64,000 bases of DNA from Gnetum montanum. Taxonomy: Eukaryota; Plantae; Gnetophyta. How positions within the stretch are numbered: the first letter of the stretch is position 1; the number at the start of each line of letters is the position of its first letter. The stretch covers positions 147,857-211,856 of the forward strand of contig MNCI01002928.1 in NCBI GenBank assembly GCA_015680685.1, read 5' to 3'. The position numbers and the translations under genes were made by a program. Below are positions 55,590-64,000 of the stretch, one piece after another. The notes beneath the pieces are model-generated. The model was not told where the DNA came from. It saw nothing but the letters and a program-made list of their open reading frames with translations, and did not search any database.

Positions 55590-58500
55590 TGATGAGCTGC
55601 AATATCGTGTTAGCCCCTGCAATATCATGTATGCGATATCGCAGCCTGTCGCCATGTCTATAAATAAGAGGAGGCTTTCCCTATTTTAGGCATCTAGAGT
55701 TAGTCCCTTAGCCAAAATATAGCAGTTTTACCATTCCAGAGTTAGAACAATTTCCATGTGCCTGCAGTAGGAGTCTCAAAGTGAACGGATCTTTATTCGA
55801 GCAAATTGTACCTGAGCACACATTTGTGTACAGCAATAAAGATGAACTTTCTGATAAACCTTATAGCATATGGACTAGGCTAAATAGGATTTAATTATTG
55901 TTAAATGTTTAAATGCTTTCCTAGATAATTAATCTCTCTCAACCCTTGACTCTCCTAGTTAAGTGCATTTAGTAAGACCGCTTCGAACACGTGTGTCATG
56001 CTTGGTAACCCAGTAATGAGTAGCATTTGGTAATCCCAGTAGCGTTGCACTAGTTCAAGGTGTGTGCGGAAAGTGGGAACAGATACTGATGCTAAGATAC
56101 TTAGAACTTAGTTAGTGAATAGTTAATGAAAGTTAGTCATTTAGTTCTCTTCACCTTTCCCTATTAGCATAGGTGTTAAAAAGATAAAAGATATAAAAAT
56201 CATATACCTCAAGCTTACTTAACCATACAACCGTGAAAATACAAGTAAGTTTCAGAAGACATTGATTGATTAACCTTAAGTGTTCCATTGGGGTGCGTAA
56301 GCACTTAGTCCTTGGAGTTCGATCAGATCGTGCGTGAGACACTCGTATTTATATGGTTGAGTGTAGGGGTACCTTGCCACTCATCATTGGCACCGTTGTC
56401 AGAGACTTAGTTGTTTGTGTGCTATGTAAAACATAGGAAATCATTCATATCAGTGGGAGCTAGAACAAATCCTTAGGGTTGATCAAAGGAAAAATAAGAT
56501 AACGGTAAACTACACACCGAACAAGACAAAAACGTCTTCTTCTTCGCACAAAAGCACTTCACCACCTAGGAACAATACAAGAGACAGTCGGTGGCACAAC
56601 ATACATAACCAAGATCCACCAGTTCCTCAACAATTTCGTGTGGTATATATTCATCATGATGATTATATACCCGACTTTACCTTTATCCTCCATCAAGATG
56701 AACAACTGCATTGGAGAGACTTGGAGGGTAACATAGTGTTGCCTCCAGACCGAGTAGTCCCCAACATGCTTCTTCATGCTCTTACACGAATAGGCATGTC
56801 ACAATTGTNNNNNNNNNNNNNNNNNNNNNNNNNNNNNNNNNNNNNNNNNNNNNNNNNNNNNNNNNNNNNNNNNNNNNNNNNNNNNNNNNNNNNNNNNNNN
56901 NNNNNNNNNNNNNNNNNNNNNNNNNNNNNNNNNNNNNNNNNNNNNNNNNNNNNNNNNNNNNNNNNNNNNNNNNNNNNNNNNNNNNNNNNNNNNNNNNNNN
57001 NNNNNNNNNNNNNNNNNNNNNNNNNNNNNNNNNNNNNNNNNNNNNNNNNNNNNNNNNNNNNNNNNNNNNNNNNNNNNNNNNNNNNNNNNNNNNNNNNNNN
57101 NNNNNNNNNNNNNNNNNNNNNNNNNNNNNNNNNNNNNNNNNNNNNNNNNNNNNNNNNNNNNNNNNNNNNNNNNNNNNNNNNNNNNNNNNNNNNNNNNNNN
57201 NNNNNNNNNNNNNNNNNNNNNNNNNNNNNNNNNNNNNNNNNNNNNNNNNNNNNNNNNNNNNNNNNNNNNNNNNNNNNNNNNNNNNNNNNNNNNNNNNNNN
57301 NNNNNNNNNNNNNNNNNNNNNNNNNNNNNNNNNNNNNNNNNNNNNNNNNNNNNNNNNNNNNNNNNNNNNNNNNNNNNNNNNNNNNNNNNNNNNNNNNNNN
57401 NNNNNNNNNNNNNNNNNNNNNNNNNNNNNNNNNNNNNNNNNNNNNNNNNNNNNNNNNNNNNNNNNNNNNNNNNNNNNNNNNNNNNNNNNNNNNNNNNNNN
57501 NNNNNNNNNNNNNNNNNNNNNNNNNNNNNNNNNNNNNNNNNNNNNNNNNNNNNNNNNNNNNNNNNNNNNNNNNNNNNNNNNNNNNNNNNNNNNNNNNNNN
57601 NNNNNNNNNNNNNNNNNNNNNNNNNNNNNNNNNNNNNNNNNNNNNNNNNNNNNNNNNNNNNNNNNNNNNNNNNNNNNNNNNNNNNNNNNNNNNNNNNNNN
57701 NNNNNNNNNNNNNNNNNNNNNNNNNNNNNNNNNNNNNNNNNNNNAAGGGAGATTATCAGAGATTAGGTTCCATTAGGTTCATAGATTGTTGGAGCAAGTA
57801 GCTAAGGAAGAAGGGGAGCTACGTAAGAGAGAAAGCATGGAAGAGTACAACCGTGATCCTTCCCTTCAAAAAAAGGGAGTGAGATTCTGTGAGGAGGAGG
57901 AAGAGTTACCACTCAAAGAGATGGTGAATAGGAAAACCTTACCTCTCCAAAAATTAACAATAGAAGTGTCATCTAAGGTAGACCAAATGTGGGACTCCTT
58001 AGATAGTAGATTTGAAATTATTCTTAAAATCATAGAGGAGTTTAAGGAGTGAGGTAGTGATTATGATAAAAAGAAAAAGAGGGATTTGGACCATGCACGT
58101 AACAAAGGTAAGGGTAAAATGACCATCACCGACGAGGTTGTGGATTCTGACATAGACAATGATGGTGGATGTGAGATATGCCAATATGACCATTCTAAGG
58201 GATGTTTCCTAGTAATCTCACATCTGTAAGAGTCTGGGGTGTATGCACTTAACCCACAACTTAACAAATGGCAAGCACCCCGAAGGTTACCTTATCCCCA
58301 AGGTAACCCAAGGCAGTTCCACCAACCATTAATGTATTATCCAAGTGGAACTCCACCACAACCTATTGAGCAACACCAGTAGTGGCAATACCCACAATCA
58401 TGGGGGATGCCACCGCCAAGGCAACAATATCCTTACCAACAACCAAATTCATATGGCTATTACGTGCAACAGCTAATCTCTCCACGTGACTCTGTTAGTC

Positions 58501-60050
58501 ACGTGACACCCCAACATCACTACCAAGCTCAGGAGTATTATAGGACTCCTCCTAGGGGAGACACACCACATACATATCATCCTCCAAATCCATTCGCATC
58601 TCTTACATCGATAGCTCTATTGCCACCCGCTCCAACAATGCAAGGGAAACTCCCCACTCAACCACAGCAACACAATGCTACAAGAGCTGTAAACCTTCAA
58701 CCCGCTGCTGATTCTGACAACCATACAAAGAGAAGACCTTTCCTCAGAACCAACAGTCCAAACAAGCTCTCACAACGACAAGCGAACGCTTCTCCATCAA
58801 ATAAGGCTTTAGATCTCCCTTCAAACCAAAAATAGAGCTCAACGCACATGGTTATGTTAACACATACTATCACTAACTGAATTAAGGAGGGGCACCTTCC
58901 CAGGAAATTCGCTGACCTTGAAAGTCCTTTAAGCTATCTCCAAGTCGTTGGGAATGAACCATGTAAAGCTCTTCTAGAGTCAGGCTCTGGAGTCAACTTA
59001 ATATCACAAGAGATGTATAAAGCCTAGAACCTGCCTCCACTAAAGAAGAGCAATATTCGCTTAGAGTTAGCTAAGCAGTCCATCATTGTTCCCTTAGGAC
59101 TTGTGGAGGACATTGTTACCACTATATGTGATTGGTCATATCCAGCTGATTTCCTAGTGATACAAGTAAACAATGACAAAGGGGACTTCCCAATAATAAT
59201 GGGAAGGGCATGGCTAAGTACCATAAACGCATGCCTAGGAATCCACCATCTTTCCCTGGAAATATCTAAGGAAAACACTTTTGGAAAGATCGAGAGGAAG
59301 AAAGTTCCATGCATCACATATAGTGATATAGGGTGTGATTGCATGCAGGAATGTTCAACATTACCTGCATGCAACTAGTGTGCCTAAGAAATTAACATAC
59401 ACAAGTGCCTATATGTAGCAACCACACAACAAGAGAACACCCAGTGGTTGACAACTAATCAAGAGAGCAACTCACCAACATGCATGGAACTAACTGGGGG
59501 ACCAACTTGCACCCACGTAGAAGGCATAGATGCACTAGAGTAAGAGTGTCGCCAACTTCCAACCCTTAACTTGAAAACATCAATTGGGGAAAGTTGGAAA
59601 CTCCTAAAAAATTCAAGAAAATGCTCCGATGAGAGAATACTAGTCGATGTGCAACCGACCAAACCTTACAATGAATCTAGAATGGTCAATGCACCTAACA
59701 CATCGGAGAAAGGATGACCTCACTCATTATTTTAGATCTTCCCCTTCCAACTTAGTCATGGGGGAGATAGCCACCTATGCTGATCAATCAAGGCCCTCAG
59801 TTCCTTTTCAAGTTTTTGTTTTACACATTTTTGTTTTACAAATTTCTTTAAATTTTCTTGTTTTTGTTTTGCAACATCATTCATACTTTTTCAGTTATTC
59901 ATATGTTTATTTATTTATTTATTTATTTATTAAGTTTGTCACCTAATAAGTGCTCCTAAAGATGGTATGAACTATATTCCATTGATTGCTAATGTTTGGT
60001 TTTTACCTTTGAGTTATGATGTTGATACTAAGGTATGGTTCTTTTTGATA
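55590..60050 (+). mobile_element. Athila-like LTR element related to 43631-49640: 5' LTR, PBS, gag (partly in gap), Pro-rich linker, protease; no RT/INT or 3' LTR seen
   Basis: LTR 55590-56386 (TGATGAG...CTCATCA; end GGTTGAGTGTAGGGGTACCTTGCCACTCATCA is the reverse complement of the 43631 start). PBS TGGCACCGTTGTC at 56388. Protease ALLESGSGVNL...LELAKQSIIVPLGLVEDI...YPADFLVI...PIIMGRAWL at ~58960-59230. 3' boundary approximate. Confidence 0.85.
56809..57744. other. Assembly gap (N-run)
   Basis: Run of N. Confidence 1.
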
Positions 60051-60366
60051 CAGCAGGCAATGAGTCCACTTTATCCATACATCCATGAATTTCTATGGTC
60101 TCTCTTGGCTTGGAACTGTATAGTCTCTTTCCTTCAATAATAAGAACTATTAACGAATCGGTAACTGGGCATTTCTCAAACCAAGGAAGGACTAAAGGAC
60201 TGAAAAGGGTGTGACTTCAAGGGGATTTGATGGATTCCTGCTGACCATTCTCTTGGGTATTTGGATGTTTTCTTCTTAAGTTTTCCTTACCATTCCGACG
60301 TTGCTCCATTATCATGAAGTTGAGCTAATAAAAATAATAAGTCTTTGCATGGTATGGTTCTCATGC

Positions 60367-60410
60367 AAAACACAAACAAAAACAAACAAACAAACAAACA
60401 AAAACAACAC
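60367..60410. repeat. (CAAA)n microsatellite upstream of the NLR
   Basis: AAAACACAAACAAAAACAAACAAACAAACAAACAAAAAC. Confidence 0.85.
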
Positions 60411-60549
60411 AAAGTGTGAATTCAAAGCACACCCCTTAGACAAAATAATCACTTGGGCTACAAGCATTGGTTATGGAACTAAACAAACATGTTCCCTCTA
60501 ACTAAGGCCCTTTCTCGCTTCGTACTTCCTCCTTTCTCATTTCCTTGCA

Positions 60550-63542
60550 ATGGTGGTGACTTTGGTGGTATGGAGTTTGGACTTCGTTTTTAGTGTTTTA
60601 CTTTGGACTTTGTTTCGTTTTTAATTAGCATGTTATAAATTTATATATGTGTTCAACTATTTTAAATTTTAAGGAAGATTTTCAATTTCCTCTGATGTGG
60701 CATGTGAACTCAGGGATCACCCTCTTCTTCATTGCACGATCCTAAACCTGATAGCAAGAAATGGAAGTTTATAGACATTTCGCCGCTGGTCAGTTTGAAA
60801 GATTTCTTTTCTGAGGCGGCAGATGCTGCTAGTGGGCTTGTAAGTAGCTTTCCCACAAAATCCATGTTTTTAAAGTTTAATTACCAGACTAGTTGAAGAA
60901 GCCAAGATTGTGAGAAGTCTAATGCATAACATCAAAGTGAAGCGTTGAAGAGCATTGTGAAAACAGCACTAAATGGGATTGGAAAGGCTCATTGGATTGC
61001 TGCTGGTTTAGTGGCTGTGGCTTTTGTCCTTGACAGATTCGATCTCATCTCTTCAAATAAGGCAGAGTGTTTAGATCTGCTTGATGAGATGTGTCGATTA
61101 GCAGAATATCTTCAACTTCTGAAGCAAAGGAAGAAACTCAAACTACAAATTCTTAGCATAATGGAGGAAGCCCTGCAATTGATCATTCAAGGGTCTGCCC
61201 TATGCTTCTCTCAGGCAAAATCCTCCCGTTGGTACAGGTGAGAGACAATTTGGGTCACCTTTTCCATTTTGGTTGTTTTACACCAATTTACTTATTACTG
61301 GTAAATGATCCATGATTTTTGACTCTATGTATGTATATCTATATCAGATTTTGTGCAGGATCGGTAGATAAGAGGCACTTGGCAGATCTCTGTCACGACC
61401 TTGAAAAAATGTATAAACATTTGATGTTCCAAGTAATCATTAGGACTCATAATGCGCAAGAACCATCTGAGCTTCCTAGGATGGAATATTACCCTAAAGA
61501 TGCAGGTAAAATGATCTGATAGAAACCTTTTATTGTACCATAAGATTAATATGTGAATTTTGGTCTTTAAATTTAACTGGTTTAGTCTTATGGCAGTGAT
61601 ACCGGATGGTACGGTAGAAAAGATAGTGGAACTGCTGGAGGTGGAGAGTGACAAGCATGTAGTGGTTGTCATTCTACATGGCTTTGGAGGTATTGGTAAA
61701 ACTACCATTGCAAATGCTGTGTATGCAAAAGTGGATGACATTTTGGGGTTCAAATTTTCCAAGGTCGCACTGTATGAAAATATCGGAAGTGTTCCCAATA
61801 CTATGGCTGTGCAAAATAAAATGTTAGACGACATCTCTGAAATTCAAGTGAAGCCTTCCACCAGCACAGATGGTCAAATATTGCTCCAAAAGTGTTTTGG
61901 AAAGGACCCGTGTTTCATTTACATTGACAATGTGTTGAATGGAGGGGAGCTTGCCAAAGTCCTGCCTGCAAATCTGAGCACCTCAAAAAAGTTAAGGTTG
62001 CTGATGACGGCAAGAGACGCAGGTGTGCGCCGCGGTTTAGGGGGCATTAACAGTCGAAATGATGTGAAAGTATTGAGTGTGGATTCTTTGCCAGAAGCAG
62101 AGGCGCTTACTCTGTTAAAACAGGAAATGGGGAGCGATGTTGCGGATAAGGTAAGTGAAGAGCGATGAGGCGGTTACTCTGTTAAAACATCTCTGCCTTT
62201 TTCTACGATGGATGTACATGGACTTTCGTACAGGACACATTGGGAGAGGACACCATGGAGGTGCTTGACAGGAGGGCACTCGTTAAACCAACATTTGGTG
62301 AAGTGAGCAAAGGAGTCGTGACACAAGTGGAGGTTCAAAGGCAGGAAAAGTGCATGACGTGTTATTACAGATGGGTCGGAGTAGATGCAAATCCATCAGA
62401 ATCACCACCGTCGCTCAGTTGAAATCCATGTTACAATCAGGCGATTTTCAGGTGCTCATCTTTATTTTTTTTTAATTATATAACATAACTTTTTCAAGGA
62501 ATTTAGACATTATTATTTATCAATCATGACGAAGGGTAACAGGGTAAAGTTCTTTTTTGTTCTTTCCTAGTTCAGATAGGAAATAATCCAGGCAATGCCA
62601 GCAATGAAAAACTTTTTTATACATGTTTTATTTACAACAATTACATGTTTATACCTTACACAGAAATTCAATTAAACATTTCTATTTTCATCATGGATAT
62701 GTTGCCTGCTGTACACATTTGAGTTTTGGCTGAAGAGACTTCTTTCCCTCAACCTTGTTCAACTCCAAACCAAACTCTCATGATAGAATATCCAACATGG
62801 TTAAAAGATGAACCTATTATATAGTTATAAGATATTCATTGTAATTTGAATTCATCACTCTAAATATTTTAAAATCATTTGTGTGATATTTTAAAAAGCG
62901 CTTCCGGTAAGTATCAATAATCACCAAGAATCCAAAAAGTCATGAAAAACCATAAGAACTTCATGAAGCTTCAACCGAACTTCCGGTTATTCTCCTTGAT
63001 TCACGAGTCCTTACCAGTTTCAATTTTGTTGATAACATACAATTACTCTGACAGTTATTTAAATTACACAATGATATGTGATGCAATTTTGCTGACAAAT
63101 TTTGAAAATTGCTTTCGGGAGCAACCATTTTCAAGTATTTCAAAAGTCTGAGTTTCTTTTTACCTGTTTCTTTGGCGGCGGTAAGCGTGCAGCAAAAAAG
63201 CTTTTGAAAAGTCATAGGAGATTGCACCTTGTTCTCATAAAACCGTGTTCTTCCTGTTTTTACTAAATCAAAGTTACAATTTCAAATATTTCATGGCTTA
63301 AGCTGTGGCAGGATACTTGGCAGGGCGTGAAGGGCATTTATATTTATGAAGAGACCCGAACTGAGGAGGTATTGACATTGCCATGCTCTAAACTGGACCT
63401 CATCTCTTCTTCACTGCGAATTCTTTCCTTGGATTTTCGACGTAGAAATAACAAGCAAGTGCATGAGAGTAGAAGGCGAGTGCAAGGCCGGCTTCAGCAG
63501 CCTTATTTTCTTTCGATCATTCTACTCGCCGCCGCCCGTTAA
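60550..63542 (+). pseudogene. NLR-type (NB-ARC) immune receptor locus with a helical MLKL/RPW8-like N-terminal domain; probably truncated or pseudogenised
   Basis: Phase-compatible GT-AG exons: 60550-60567 (MVVTLV, tentative), 60714-60839, 60888-61237, 61348-61505, 61597-62150, 63312-63542. P-loop GFGGIGKTT, kinase-2 FIYIDNV, RNBS-B LLMTARD, RNBS-C LPEAEALTLL. In-frame stops at 60894 and 60927; GLPL/MHD and LRR repeats absent. Confidence 0.8.
61597..62150 (+). CDS. NB-ARC nucleotide-binding exon (open frame)
   Basis: VVVILHGFGGIGKTTIANAVY...CFIYIDNV...LRLLMTARD; CAG acceptor at 61594-61596 and candidate GTAAGT donor at 62151. Confidence 0.88.
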
Positions 63543-64000
63543 TTAGAAGCGTTGCCTCTAATTAACGGTTCTGGCCTATGCACCAAACTGCACCGTCTAC
63601 CTGCACCAGGCAACTAAAAGTTAACCTTTTCGTTAAAATATGTATATAAATTTGGTGTAATTAGATTGCTGTTTAAGCAAGTAATTCTTGGAAAAATTAA
63701 GTAGACATATGTCAGTGGGTGCATGCATTCATTCATGATGATGGAATGCATGCAGCCGCACAATCCTAGACCTTAAATTCAAGAAAGAAAATGCGGTTAT
63801 TGGCAACGTTGTCTCATCTCTAAGGTGGAATGCATGGCCTTTTGTTCAACATAAAATCCCTAGTAACGTTTTGCTTGTATGACGCTCCGCATTTGTGGTA
63901 CATTACTGACCAACTAACTGCATACTTTGCCTTGTGTAACGATGATTCGGATAAGGGTCTTCCTGAAAGCATAAGGACTTAACTTTCGAGTCCTTACAAT

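Noticed and set aside
56640-57776. 378-aa ORF
   Set aside because: Mostly N; only the first ~56 codons are real and probably precede the element's gag.
61325-61834. 169-aa antisense ORF over the NLR
   Set aside because: Shadow of the sense NB-ARC exons; crosses an intron and has no recognisable motif.
62240-63227. Short ORFs downstream of the NB-ARC exon as missing NLR exons
   Set aside because: No GLPL, RNBS-D, MHD or LxxLxL motifs; treated as intron or inserted DNA.

Overview
Eukaryotic (land-plant) nuclear DNA. The retroelement and NLR types suggest a non-flowering seed plant (gymnosperm-like), which is an inference. It is AT-rich with two N-gaps (22340-22983, 56809-57744). About 60 kb is a nested graveyard of decayed retroelements: a 3'-truncated Tekay/Del Ty3-gypsy, a Sirevirus-like LTR with multiple polypurine tracts (PPTs), a Tat/Ogre element with an extra RNase H and two tandem arrays, another gypsy pol, an RTE LINE, a second LINE remnant, and three LTR elements with no visible RT/integrase (two Athila-like, one CRM-like). 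The only host gene is at the right end (~60.55-63.54 kb): a spliced NLR-type locus with a non-TIR, MLKL/RPW8-like helical N-terminus and an NB-ARC domain. It appears broken, with two in-frame stops and NB-ARC cut before GLPL at a templated-insertion scar. The best leads are this atypical NLR, an LTR element flanked by a ~235-bp direct duplication instead of a 5-bp TSD, the gag(-protease)-only LTR families, and a dispersed palindrome array at 8.5-9.8 kb. I see no clearly new functional system. All domain and lineage calls are by-eye motif recognition, not database hits.
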